DNA of 64,000 nucleotides from a virus (taxonomy: Duplodnaviria > Caudoviricetes): the IMG/VR virus record IMGVR_UViG_3300017951_000002, positions 1,841 through 65,840 of that record; one strand, written 5' to 3'. Shown here in pieces: positions 38,331-47,923 of this stretch (position 1 is the first letter of the stretch; each line of letters starts with the position of its first letter). The notes below the pieces were generated by a model. That model was not told where the DNA came from, did not search any database, and worked only from the letters and a program-made list of their open reading frames with translations. The position numbers and the translations under genes are program-made.

Positions 38331-38929
38331 GGCTGATTGCCTTTGGTAGTGGTTGGGTGGGAGGCGTTTCTCCCATGTCCCTAAGGTAAACGAGATGGGC
38401 TCCCAGGGCAATAGGTATTTCTACCCAACTTGCTTAATGAGAGCCGTTCGCAATAAGGGGTGGGGGCTGGCGTAAGCGGATGGCCGCGGCCTACAGGTTG
38501 GCAGGCCTAGCCGACGTGATCCTGATGATCCGATTGTCGGCAGCTGCAACGGATGCCATGGCGTTGGCTGCGGATGAGGCGCCCACCAGATGGGAGACAT
38601 AGCGGCCCGAAGCATAGAGGCCTTCAACGCGGTAGATGGGTTGGGTCATGGTGATGGGGTGGGGTGGGGTGAATCCTACAAGCCGTAAATGCAGAGCATG
38701 GGGAAGCCCAGCAGGATGACGGGGACGAGTAGCAGCTCCATGTTGGTGCCTGTCGGCGTGGTGTGGTGGGTGGCCTTGCCTCCCATGTCCCTAAGGTATC
38801 TGATCCGCCAGCCCAGGGCAATAAGTATTTTTTCTCATCTCTCCTTTTTCCCTGAGTCTCGGGATTCTTGGTTTTTCGGAGGTCCCCTCGCTTTTTCCTC
38901 TTTTCTCCCAGCTCACCCACGGCTGCCCT

Positions 38930-39230
38930 GACCCGATCCGATCCGATCTGACCGAAGTTGCCGAAATCGCCGAAAATCGCAACTCATCCGCAGCTCACCT
39001 GATCTGAGAAAATCCTAAGTTGCCGAAATCGCCGAAAATCCGAAAATACCCCCCGCCCCCGCGGCCAGATGCGGCAGGTTCAGGCTGCCCCCTCTCGAAA
39101 CCTCGCGTAAAAACTGAAACCGACTCTGTATCCCCCTGAACATTTCCCATAAAAACGCCCCCTGGTTCAAAAGTGAGGGGGTAAAATCCGCCAAAAAATT
39201 CTGTGAAAAATTTTTGAAACGAGTTTTGCT
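38930..39230. repeat. non-coding repeat-rich region (possible genome end or packaging site)
   Basis: 24-bp direct repeat AAGTTGCCGAAATCGCCGAAAATC at 38955 and 39017; CCGAT tandem; C-runs and A/T tracts. Confidence 0.5.
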
Positions 39231-39264
39231 AGGAGACAGACTCTGTCGACTCTGTAGCGAAGCG

Positions 39265-39468
39265 TCAGTACAAATCTTTTAACCAATCTCTTTCCTTGGG
39301 TTCAAGGAGCATGATGGTTCTATTCATAAAGATTTTAGCTTGCTTGGCGCTCATCTGGTGGTAAAACCGCCCCAAAAGTTGTGTTACGGCATCTTTTGAC
39401 TGGCAACGAACTGCCAACAGAAGGGCGAGGGAGTTGATCACCATCTGTTTGGCGGTTATTTCAGTCAT
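39265..39468 (-). CDS. hypothetical protein
   Basis: 67-aa ORF with minus-strand TGTTAGAAT next to its start. Confidence 0.55.
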   Translation of the reverse strand: MTEITAKQMVINSLALLLAVRCQSKDAVTQLLGRFYHQMSAKQAKIFMNRTIMLLEPKERDWLKDLY

Positions 39469-39511
39469 TCTAACAGGTTGGAAGACTACTTTGACCAGCT
39501 ATTGTACCGAC

Positions 39512-39916
39512 ATGGCCTTAATCACGACTGGCAACTGGGTGGCTGGTGATGAGCTGCGCATTATCGAAGCTTTGGGGGTGCCATTTGGCAGTTTTACCCT
39601 TGAATGCATCTCGAATTGCGCTAATCAGCTTGAGGACATGAGTGCCCAGGCGGTCATCAATGTGCGAGCAGCACTTGATGAGTATGAGGCAGCAAAATCC
39701 GCCGAAAGTACCCAGAACCTGAGCGATACTGAGGGTAAGACGCTGGTCAAGGCGGATGTTTTGGAGTGGGAGGCTGATTCTGCTGATCAGCCAAGTGGTG
39801 CGCAGAAGGAAATGGTGCGGGCAAAGGACGAAATTGCCCAGTATTTTGCATTCTGTTCCTGTCTTGGTGGCCTTCTTGGTAGCGGAAACTACGGAACCCC
39901 TCTCATTCGTTCCTGA
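39512..39916 (+). CDS. putative head-tail adaptor
   Basis: First gene of the late structural block; KADVLEW; late promoter GGAAGACTA at 39480. Confidence 0.55.
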   Translation: MALITTGNWVAGDELRIIEALGVPFGSFTLECISNCANQLEDMSAQAVINVRAALDEYEAAKSAESTQNLSDTEGKTLVKADVLEWEADSADQPSGAQKEMVRAKDEIAQYFAFCSCLGGLLGSGNYGTPLIRS

Positions 39917-40422
39917 AGAGTCGTCTACGACTCCTGATTGCGTTTCATCGGTAGACTGTAGCAGTATTTTACGGTTTTCCGTCATGGGCCACCCCGAAAA
40001 CAGTCCAGAGGTGAACAAGTTGATGGAAGAAATTGCTAAATCTGATGTCTGTGATGTATGGTGTAAGGGTTGCCAGGACTGGCGGGTCATGAATGCGGCC
40101 TATGCTGCTGTGATCAAGACTGGTGAAATCGAGAGCTGTGGCAAATGTCGCAAATGAACGACGATCTGATGGGTTTCATGGTCGAACTGTCTGACGACGA
40201 GGTCCGTACACTGCTCTATGCGATCCAGGAAGCCATTGAAGCGTGGCCTGGGCACCCTGCACGCCCTCAGGAAGAACAAGAGCAGCTACAGGCCCTCAGG
40301 AACTCCTTGTTTACCATGACGTTGGAAATGCAGTTTGATCCTGAAGCGTAGCGAGGCGAAGCCGAGGTAAGCTGAAAAAAATCGCGCTGCGCGGCATACT
40401 AGACTAGCGAAACTGGCGTAAA

Positions 40423-40932
40423 ATGGCCTCACCACTGTTACCTTACGCCAATGCACGGGTCCTGGTGCCGAATCAGGGCGCTGTTAGCCTTGTGAATGGT
40501 CGCTGGGTAGAAGCAGCTGGTGATTCCTACCTTGTGAAGTGCTTCCTGAAGAGGGCGCAGTATTCAGGCGTGTCCTCGGGCTCTAAGCTGGTGCCGATTC
40601 CGTCCCAGCTGGCGGGTGAGATGCTGCCTGGGGCTAGTGGCGACCAGTTCTACTACCGTGGCTACGCCTTGGAGTGGGTAGAAGTACCTAGCACATGGGA
40701 TCTGGAGGCCTCGGACGAGTCCGCGCTGGTCTGGGCGCAGGTCACAACGCAGTACAGCTGGCTTGCTACGGGCACTGAATGCCAGTTTCGCCTTGGTCAG
40801 GACCCGATCATGCCTACAGCGAAGATCCAACGCTCTAGCGGCGTTTTTGGAGGGGAGGGCATTGACCAAATTCTGTACCAGGAGATCGGCGGAGTTGAGC
40901 TTCAGCTGACAGGATCGGAGTTGCAGAACTGA
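40423..40932 (+). CDS. putative head closure/neck protein
   Basis: Position and size; late promoter at 40393. Confidence 0.5.
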   Translation: MASPLLPYANARVLVPNQGAVSLVNGRWVEAAGDSYLVKCFLKRAQYSGVSSGSKLVPIPSQLAGEMLPGASGDQFYYRGYALEWVEVPSTWDLEASDESALVWAQVTTQYSWLATGTECQFRLGQDPIMPTAKIQRSSGVFGGEGIDQILYQEIGGVELQLTGSELQN

Positions 40933-40934
40933 TC

Positions 40935-41387
40935 ATGGCAAAAACTCAGTTCAACTTTAACGCAACAATCGAAATCCAGATGCCCAAGGTGGCTGGTAAG
41001 GCGGATACAAAGAAAATGCAAGCCGCCGTCAGGAAGGCACTTTCAAAAGGCGCTCAAAAGGGCGCTACCTACATCCAGAAAAGTCTCGGAACTGCTCTTG
41101 ACGAGTCTATTACCAGGGTCGGGGCTATCGATACAGGAAAACTCAAGAACTCTCTGGAGATCAGGCCAAAGTTTGCCCAGACCAAGGTCGGCTTCAGCAT
41201 CATCTATAAAACACCTTATGCGGCTTTCGTCCACTATGGTGGTGTTATGCGCCCTTACGGTAATCCCAACGCTGCAACGGTAACCATCCCTGGCAGGCCT
41301 TGGATTGAGATGGCCTTAAAGGATTTCGATATGAGAACGCCGTTTGACAGAGGCATAGGGGAGGCCTGGTCGGCTCAGTTTGGATAG
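40935..41387 (+). CDS. HK97 gp10-like neck/tail completion protein
   Basis: IDTGKLKNS, TPYAAFVHYG, PGRPW motifs. Confidence 0.75.
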   Translation: MAKTQFNFNATIEIQMPKVAGKADTKKMQAAVRKALSKGAQKGATYIQKSLGTALDESITRVGAIDTGKLKNSLEIRPKFAQTKVGFSIIYKTPYAAFVHYGGVMRPYGNPNAATVTIPGRPWIEMALKDFDMRTPFDRGIGEAWSAQFG

Positions 41388-41414
41388 GTATCCTAGCCCA
41401 GCTTCCGCCCAATC

Positions 41415-41933
41415 ATGGCAAAGAAAAAGGGACTTCCTTTCGTCGTACAGCCCCGTCTCAAGCCTATCGTTGAGCGAGTGGGGACAGAGGAGAGTGGGAT
41501 CATTGAGATTGAACGTCGCGGATACCTAAGTGTGGCCGAAAAGGCTATCGTACAGCAGGCTACACAGGGTGACGACAGCATTCGCAAGATGTACGCTCTT
41601 GGCGGTCGTATTGCCCGAGATGCGGGTAAGCCGCAGGTGGAGGTCATGCAGGACCTGATGCAGCCTGAGCGACCTAGCTATATGGAACCCTTCGAGGATG
41701 AGATCCTTGAGAGTATGATTGAGATGATGGCGTACCAAGAGCGCGTGGATATCGTTCAGGCGACCGCTTTGCTGATCTGCCGCGTTGACGAGAAGTGGAG
41801 TGTTGACCAATCTATGGATTTGCATCCTGATCTGGTCAAGGCCCTGTCTCAACTTTACGTCGAAGAAGATCAGCGCTCCACGGAGGCTCTAGAAGCTGCT
41901 GTGGCACAAGATGGCGGTGCTGAGGGAAAGTAG
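41415..41933 (+). CDS. tail assembly chaperone (gpG-like)
   Basis: Ends G-GGA-AAG-TAG, the lambda G/T slippery heptamer. Confidence 0.75.
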   Translation: MAKKKGLPFVVQPRLKPIVERVGTEESGIIEIERRGYLSVAEKAIVQQATQGDDSIRKMYALGGRIARDAGKPQVEVMQDLMQPERPSYMEPFEDEILESMIEMMAYQERVDIVQATALLICRVDEKWSVDQSMDLHPDLVKALSQLYVEEDQRSTEALEAAVAQDGGAEGK

Positions 41934-42550
41934 TAAGCCAGGACGCGGGGTACGACTTTGAGGAGTTCTACTGGATCCTCAAGTCGACCTTTCCTGGCGA
42001 CCCTGAGTTTGCTCTAGACAACTATTCCCAGCTTCCCTGGGGGTATGTTGTTGCGGCAGTCAATCGCGGACTCAAAGTCTATCACCAGCGCTTGCATGAC
42101 CAGGAGCGTCCGATTGCACTCCTTTCATCTATGCAAGCCAACGCCAATCGGGACAGCAAGAAGCAGTCTCAGCCATATTCCTATCTGGATTTCAGTTTCT
42201 ACAAGCCTCAAGACGCAGGAGAAACGCCTGACGGTCACAACGGCGCGGCGTACTTGGAGCTTCTCAGGCTCAAGCTACTACCCTCGTGGGCGCTGTTCTG
42301 CTACAAGGAGCTGGCATCGTCCGCGACCCCTGGCTATGTTCCTGCGGAGCCAGCCCTTGTTGCGGAGGACGCGATCTTACTGCACCCAGAGCCAAGGCCA
42401 GGCGGTTACTCGGGCCTTTTGATTGCAATGGAGTCAGCTAGCGACCAGGCGAGAACGTTCACAACGACAAAGGGCACCGAAGTCATCCTCCGAGTGCCCT
42501 TCATTGAAACCAAGCTCGTCGCGAGAGAGAACGAGTTGCTTACCCGATAG
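41924..42550 (+). CDS. -1 frameshift extension (gpGT-like)
   Basis: -1 frame is open from GGGAAAG (41924-41930): VVSQDAGYDFEEFYWILK...LHDQERP...LLTR to TAG 42550. Confidence 0.75.
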   Translation, partial: GKVVSQDAGYDFEEFYWILKSTFPGDPEFALDNYSQLPWGYVVAAVNRGLKVYHQRLHDQERPIALLSSMQANANRDSKKQSQPYSYLDFSFYKPQDAGETPDGHNGAAYLELLRLKLLPSWALFCYKELASSATPGYVPAEPALVAEDAILLHPEPRPGGYSGLLIAMESASDQARTFTTTKGTEVILRVPFIETKLVARENELLTR

Positions 42551-42926
42551 GCCAATCCCCTGAGATCTGGTTAATGTAGTCGTCAACAATGCGGCTGTCC
42601 TCTTCGGAGTACGGCCCAAAACCCTGAATCCCACCCTTTAACCATTGCTGGATGCGCCACTCAGCGGCGATGCTGTAAAAGGGTTGCATGCGGTACCACG
42701 CAGCCCACTCTTGGCTGGACTTGTCCTGGTTGCATTCTCGGCAGGCAGGAATGCAGTTCGATGTCTTATCTTCGCCGCCATTTGTCTTGGGGCGAACGTG
42801 GTCAACAGTAAGGCTTTCGTCGTCGATAGGGGGTTTGCCGCAGTAGGCGCAGCGGTTGTTCCAGGCGTCTTTAATGGATTGACGCCATTGGCGGCGGGCT
42901 TCACCGCGAGTCAAGGCAGACATGTT
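42540..42926 (-). CDS. HNH endonuclease
   Basis: CAYCG, TVDHVRP, NCIPACRECNQDK; antisense insertion in the tail block. Confidence 0.9.
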   Translation of the reverse strand, partial: NMSALTRGEARRQWRQSIKDAWNNRCAYCGKPPIDDESLTVDHVRPKTNGGEDKTSNCIPACRECNQDKSSQEWAAWYRMQPFYSIAAEWRIQQWLKGGIQGFGPYSEEDSRIVDDYINQISGDWPIG

Positions 42927-43105
42927 ATGGAGATAATCTGAAACCCTCTCGTAAACGGGGAGGAAATCCTGCGAACAGTGCATCTCAGAAAATCATTGAG
43001 ACATCACCACAGAAACGTGTTCTTTTCGTTAGCATTGAAGCCTCCGTGGATTGTCTTGCCCTAAGTTTACCAAGGAAGGTACCCTAAAATAGCGTTTTTC
43101 GGCCT

Positions 43106-43543
43106 GTGGCACAGACTTTCCCGACATCAGCACAGGTCATTTATGACATTTTGGCTGCTGACAGCACGTTTACTGATCTGCTGGGCACCTACGAGTTCCG
43201 AGCTGGTCAAACGACCACCGCTTTGTCCATCGTTTCGGCTGGAGAAGACATGCCAGCCCTTAGGAATGTGCAGGGTGTCGAGTGCATTATTCAAGACGCT
43301 GGTGATTTTACGAAGAACGAATACATCAGCAACGACGCTGCACGTTTAACTGTCAACTGGAGCGTCTTCCTGGTGGCTTGGGAGCCCGCCAAGGGCTCTG
43401 ATGTCCAAGCGGTTGCGGAAAGGGCTTGTAGCCGCTTCCTGGGGTCCGAGGCGATCCAGACAGTCGCAACAACGGATGGCCTGGGGTCCTTGGTGCAGAC
43501 CAAGCTTGTGATCCGCTCTGATATGCCTGTCCTGGCAGCTTAA
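43106..43543 (+). CDS. putative tail terminator
   Basis: Position before the tail tube gene; late promoter at 43078. Confidence 0.55.
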   Translation: MAQTFPTSAQVIYDILAADSTFTDLLGTYEFRAGQTTTALSIVSAGEDMPALRNVQGVECIIQDAGDFTKNEYISNDAARLTVNWSVFLVAWEPAKGSDVQAVAERACSRFLGSEAIQTVATTDGLGSLVQTKLVIRSDMPVLAA

Positions 43544-43703
43544 GAGTCGGGCGGCTCCTATAAAACGAGGAGCCCAGAGACTCCGATATATCGAGGAACC
43601 GCCTCAAGAACATTCTACCAGGCTTCCGAGCCGTTTGGAAGAATAAAGATAACGGCCCCATGAGGGTCCGAGGTACCTTCATGCGGGTTTTCCCGTTTTT
43701 ACT

Positions 43704-44270
43704 ATGGCAAACTTCTCGGCAGCCTTCGGCTACGACTTTTACATCGTCCCAGTGCAGAACGCACTGGTGAGCGACTTCGCTGCAGCTCCTACCGTTGACA
43801 CCGCTACTCCTGTCGACTCTGCCCACTCCGTGGCTTACAGTAATGGCGTGTTCACTGTGAACTCCGTTGCCTTCACTATGGACGGCACGGATGACGCTGT
43901 TCGCCTGCAGGGCTTGACCTCCGCTTCCCTGGAGACCGACACGGGAACCGAGGACATCTATACCTACGATGACAGCACCAACGGCTTCAACCAGGCTGTG
44001 GCCACCACCAAGAGCTTCAGCGTCACCCTGGCTGGTATCGCTGATTTCGGCGATGCTGGCTACAAGATCCTTCGCCTGACTGAGCAGAACACCGTGGCAG
44101 ATGGCCTGCGTGTTGCTTTCAAGCGTGTTGGACCTACTGGCACCACCGAAGAAATCGTGGGCTACGGCACCCTGACTGGCTACACCGAGTCCAACGAGGT
44201 TAGTAGCATCGTGTCCTGGGAATGCACCCTGACTGGCTACGGCCCTTACCACCTGACCCTCCAGAGCTGA
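43704..44270 (+). CDS. major tail tube protein
   Basis: Tube-like pattern (YTESNEVSSIVSWECTLTGYG); followed by terminator 44291-44317 and the tape measure gene. Confidence 0.8.
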   Translation: MANFSAAFGYDFYIVPVQNALVSDFAAAPTVDTATPVDSAHSVAYSNGVFTVNSVAFTMDGTDDAVRLQGLTSASLETDTGTEDIYTYDDSTNGFNQAVATTKSFSVTLAGIADFGDAGYKILRLTEQNTVADGLRVAFKRVGPTGTTEEIVGYGTLTGYTESNEVSSIVSWECTLTGYGPYHLTLQS

Positions 44271-44347
44271 TTCTAACCTAGCAAGAACCAAGAGCCCTTT
44301 CGGGGGCTCTTTTTTTATGGAAGCCTACAGGCAGCTCTGGTCTCGAC

Positions 44348-47116
44348 GTGGCTCAAAATCTTAATTTTAACCTAGAAGTCGACACCAACACAGCGGTTTC
44401 GTCGATCAACCAGTTCTTCAGTGCTTTCGATCAGGGCGCAGCCAAGGCTAAGCATCAGCTAAACCAGGCATTCGGGCAAAACCTTCAGACCAGCGTACAG
44501 ATCAACCTGAAGGACGGCGAACTGGTCGCCAAAAAGGTGCAGAGCATTAACCAGGAGTCCAAAAGGCTTGAAACGGCGGTCAAGGCTATCAATGGCGAGT
44601 TCGGGAAGACGCCTAATGAATTAAAGCGTCAGTTGACCATTCTAAAACAGCTTCAAGGAGATACTGCAAAATACAAAAACGGTACCAAGGAGGTTTCCGC
44701 TGACTGGAACAAGGTAACGCAGAGAATCCAGGAAGCTACCAAGCGCCTGAGGACTATGACCCAGGGCGGTCCGTTGCAACAGATGAAGGCACAGCTTACT
44801 GGCATAATCGGCAAATTCGCTGTCGTTCAGACCGTTGCCAACTTGGCGACAAGCGCGATCATGGGCATCGCTCGCGGTATTGGTGATTTTGCTGCAACCG
44901 CACAGCGCATGGAAGTGCTTCAACTGCAGCTGGAGGCTTTTGCTGGTGGGGCGGACGAAGCTAGGGATGCCTTTGATGAATTCGTGAGAATTGCCGCCAA
45001 CAGTCCGTTTAACCTGGAACAGGTTGCTCAGGCGGGCAAGATCATGATGGCATTTGGCGTTGAGACCGAAACCGCCATCGATGCTACCGAGCGGCTTGCG
45101 GTCGTTTCTGCCGCCACTGGTGGAGATATCAACCTGCTAGCTAGAAACCTTGGCCAGATTGCTGCCCAAGGCCAGGCCTATACTCGTGACTTGACCCAGT
45201 TCGCCATCCAGGGTATTCCCATCTGGGAGGAGATGAGTACTGTAACTGGCTATACGACCACGGAACTCAAGAAAATGGCGTCGGAGGGTAAGATTAGCTT
45301 TGACACAGTCAGCGCAGCTCTTGAGAATCTGACTTCAGATACCAGTGATTACATGAATGTCGCCAAGCGGATGCAGGAGACTTTTGCTGGCAGGCTGCAG
45401 AGGATTGAGGCTGCCATGCAGAAGCTGGCGCTGGAGTTTATCAATGGCTTTAATAACCTGGATCGAGCCATGGGAGGTGTCGTCAGTGGCTCTATGAAGC
45501 TTTTTGCGGACGGCATCTTCGCCATCGCAAACAATATGAGCACTGTCATTGGGCTTTTTGCTGGGCTGGCCGCTGCAACAATAGCCTACTTCGCCCTGTC
45601 CAAGTGGTTTGTCATTGCTAATGCAATCGAGACTGTTGTCAAGGCTATTAAAAATTATAAGAATATACAGATGGCATTGAATGCTGCCAAGGCCTTCTTT
45701 GTAGCTTTAGCTCCTGGCGGCATACTCAAGGTTGCGGCTGCTGCGGGAACTGCTGCGCTTGCTTACTCTGCCGTGAAGGCCAGTGTGGACAACGCAGCTG
45801 CTGGGACACAAAACCTGAAGCAAGAAGCACTTATAGCTGCAGGAGCTACTGGCGAGCTTACTCAAGAGCAGGTGAAGTTCCTTGAGGCGAGCAACCAAGG
45901 ATTTGACGGCCTGCTGGATAGGTATAAGGAGGCAAAGGCCCAGCAGGATGAAAGAAAAGCAGCGCTTAACGAAGAGATCGAAATACTCAAAGCTTTGAAA
46001 GAATCTGTCAAAGAAAAGTACGATAAAGAGATTGCAGGAATCAAGGAAACGCTTGAGGAGGACAGAATTAAACAGCAGGAGATGAAGGATAATCATCGAG
46101 AGCGCTTGGATGAAATCAACACTCGCTATGACGCCGAGCTTGATCTTATCGATTTAGCTATCGGAAAACTGCGCGAAAGAACGTCTGCAGAAGAAAAGCT
46201 TTACCAGTTCGAGAAGAGTCAACTTCAGGCCAAAATTTCGAGCGGAGAACTCGATAAAGAAGGATTGCTGCGTGCTCAAGCCCGCCTGTCACGAATGGAG
46301 CGGCAGGAGCAAATTCAGAAAAAGCTTGCGGAAAAAGCTGAAGTCCAAGCCGAAAAAGACAAGGAAATTAAAGCCACTAAAGAAAAACAGGCAACCGCGG
46401 AAGAAAAGATTGGTAATAAAATCAAAGCGAACGAAAAAAGGCTAAGAAATATAACCAAAGAGCGTGACAAACAGATCGGGCTCATGGATCAAGCTCTTGC
46501 GAATGCCAAAAATGTGACGAGACAGGTTGACCTCAGTAACGTAAGCGTTAACGAACAGGTTGGCCTTGTTAACACACTTGCGGGAGAGTACGGCCAAGCC
46601 ACACAAAGGGTTAATGAACTTGGCACCGCGCTCAGGCAGGCTGCAGCGGCGCAAAGGGAGCTTAACGCAGCCAGGGCCAACAAGTCTTCTGGCAGTGCTG
46701 AAGGCTCGGGAAGGCTTTCTGCTAGGGCTTCAGGTGGCCCAGTTTCTGGCGGCACTTCCTACCAGGTCAACGAGCTTGGTCGTGAGGCCTTTTTAAGCGC
46801 TAGTGGCAGGCTCAGCATGATCAATGCTCCCGCGTTTGGCGCATGGAAGGCCCCAGGCTCTGGTACCGTTATTCCTGCCCATCTGACGAGCCAGCTTAAT
46901 ATCCCGACGGGTGGCGTCAACCTTAACAGCGCAGCAGCTTCAAATGCTTCTCGCGCCAGCAGTGGTGGAATGGGTTCCATGGTCAAGGCTATTCAGAGCG
47001 CAATGGGCGGGGACACCTTTAACCAGAGCGTTACCGTCCAAGCAGCCAACCCCGTCCAAGCTGCTAACAACATGATGGTCGAGATGACTCGCCTCCGCCG
47101 CCGTCGGTTCCGCTGA
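44348..47116 (+). CDS. tail tape measure protein
   Basis: 922 aa, helical; tape-measure domain (SPFNLEQV...GQIAAQG...GIPIWEEM); C-terminal RASGGPV...VNELGRE. Confidence 0.92.
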   Translation: MAQNLNFNLEVDTNTAVSSINQFFSAFDQGAAKAKHQLNQAFGQNLQTSVQINLKDGELVAKKVQSINQESKRLETAVKAINGEFGKTPNELKRQLTILKQLQGDTAKYKNGTKEVSADWNKVTQRIQEATKRLRTMTQGGPLQQMKAQLTGIIGKFAVVQTVANLATSAIMGIARGIGDFAATAQRMEVLQLQLEAFAGGADEARDAFDEFVRIAANSPFNLEQVAQAGKIMMAFGVETETAIDATERLAVVSAATGGDINLLARNLGQIAAQGQAYTRDLTQFAIQGIPIWEEMSTVTGYTTTELKKMASEGKISFDTVSAALENLTSDTSDYMNVAKRMQETFAGRLQRIEAAMQKLALEFINGFNNLDRAMGGVVSGSMKLFADGIFAIANNMSTVIGLFAGLAAATIAYFALSKWFVIANAIETVVKAIKNYKNIQMALNAAKAFFVALAPGGILKVAAAAGTAALAYSAVKASVDNAAAGTQNLKQEALIAAGATGELTQEQVKFLEASNQGFDGLLDRYKEAKAQQDERKAALNEEIEILKALKESVKEKYDKEIAGIKETLEEDRIKQQEMKDNHRERLDEINTRYDAELDLIDLAIGKLRERTSAEEKLYQFEKSQLQAKISSGELDKEGLLRAQARLSRMERQEQIQKKLAEKAEVQAEKDKEIKATKEKQATAEEKIGNKIKANEKRLRNITKERDKQIGLMDQALANAKNVTRQVDLSNVSVNEQVGLVNTLAGEYGQATQRVNELGTALRQAAAAQRELNAARANKSSGSAEGSGRLSARASGGPVSGGTSYQVNELGREAFLSASGRLSMINAPAFGAWKAPGSGTVIPAHLTSQLNIPTGGVNLNSAAASNASRASSGGMGSMVKAIQSAMGGDTFNQSVTVQAANPVQAANNMMVEMTRLRRRRFR

Positions 47117-47147
47117 TCGGTATCCTTTGCCTAGCGAAGGTTGGCCC

Positions 47148-47495
47148 ATGTTCCTGTTCGGAGACACTAGCGACACTGCCAGGCTCTACCTGGAGTACAC
47201 CATGGGCGAAGACCCTCGCAAGTTTCCAGACGTGCATCCTGATGAGATGTCTTTGTCGGAACTGGAAAACCTTGTTATATGGCTTTTGATAGCCGTCAAG
47301 CGTTCAACTGGGGATGATGTTGATGAGCCAGTCCATGAGACCTTACTAGCCTGGTACGACGAAGCCTTTGAGGCCTATGCCAGGGCAAGCGATAAGGTCC
47401 TTAAGGCAATCAAGGCTAATAAGCATGTTCCTCCTACGGGTCGAAGAGATCTTCCCAAGTACGCGGCCATTGCAGAACGGGCTTCGGAATCCTAG
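47148..47495 (+). CDS. hypothetical protein
   Basis: ORF between the tape measure and distal tail genes. Confidence 0.55.
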   Translation: MFLFGDTSDTARLYLEYTMGEDPRKFPDVHPDEMSLSELENLVIWLLIAVKRSTGDDVDEPVHETLLAWYDEAFEAYARASDKVLKAIKANKHVPPTGRRDLPKYAAIAERASES

Positions 47496-47513
47496 CCCAG
47501 CTAGGCAATCCTA

Positions 47514-47921
47514 ATGGCGGCACGACGACTAGGCATTTCTTACACGCCGTCAGGTGGATCGCCTGTTTATAGTTTTTATATTGACAATTTTGGTGACAAT
47601 GCAATGCCAAGGTCGTATGTTGGCGAAATTTCCTACGAAATGTCTGCTAGCGGCGCTAACCTGCTTGGCGGATCTGCTTATGCGCAGAAATACCAATGGG
47701 TCATTTCTACAGTTATGGACACAGCGGATGCCCTTAGCTTTGATGCTATGTTCAGGGCCTGGGATACGGACAGAGCAGCAGGGCTTACGGCTGCGTGCGG
47801 GGTTGTTGACGAGACCTGGGGTGCTGATGTTACCACGAATGTCGTCTTCGTCACTGCGCCCTCTTACACACGCATGGGTCCCAAGTTGACGATGGTAAGC
47901 TTCGGCTTGCAGGAGGTCTGA
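47514..47921 (+). CDS. putative distal tail protein
   Basis: Position and size; late promoter at 47486. Confidence 0.5.
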   Translation: MAARRLGISYTPSGGSPVYSFYIDNFGDNAMPRSYVGEISYEMSASGANLLGGSAYAQKYQWVISTVMDTADALSFDAMFRAWDTDRAAGLTAACGVVDETWGADVTTNVVFVTAPSYTRMGPKLTMVSFGLQEV

Positions 47922-47923
47922 TC

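Noticed and set aside
43353-44291. Long antisense ORFs (e.g. 43353-44291, 22052-22813, 58702-59382, 16737-17414)
   Set aside because: Shadow frames opposite well-supported, codon-biased genes
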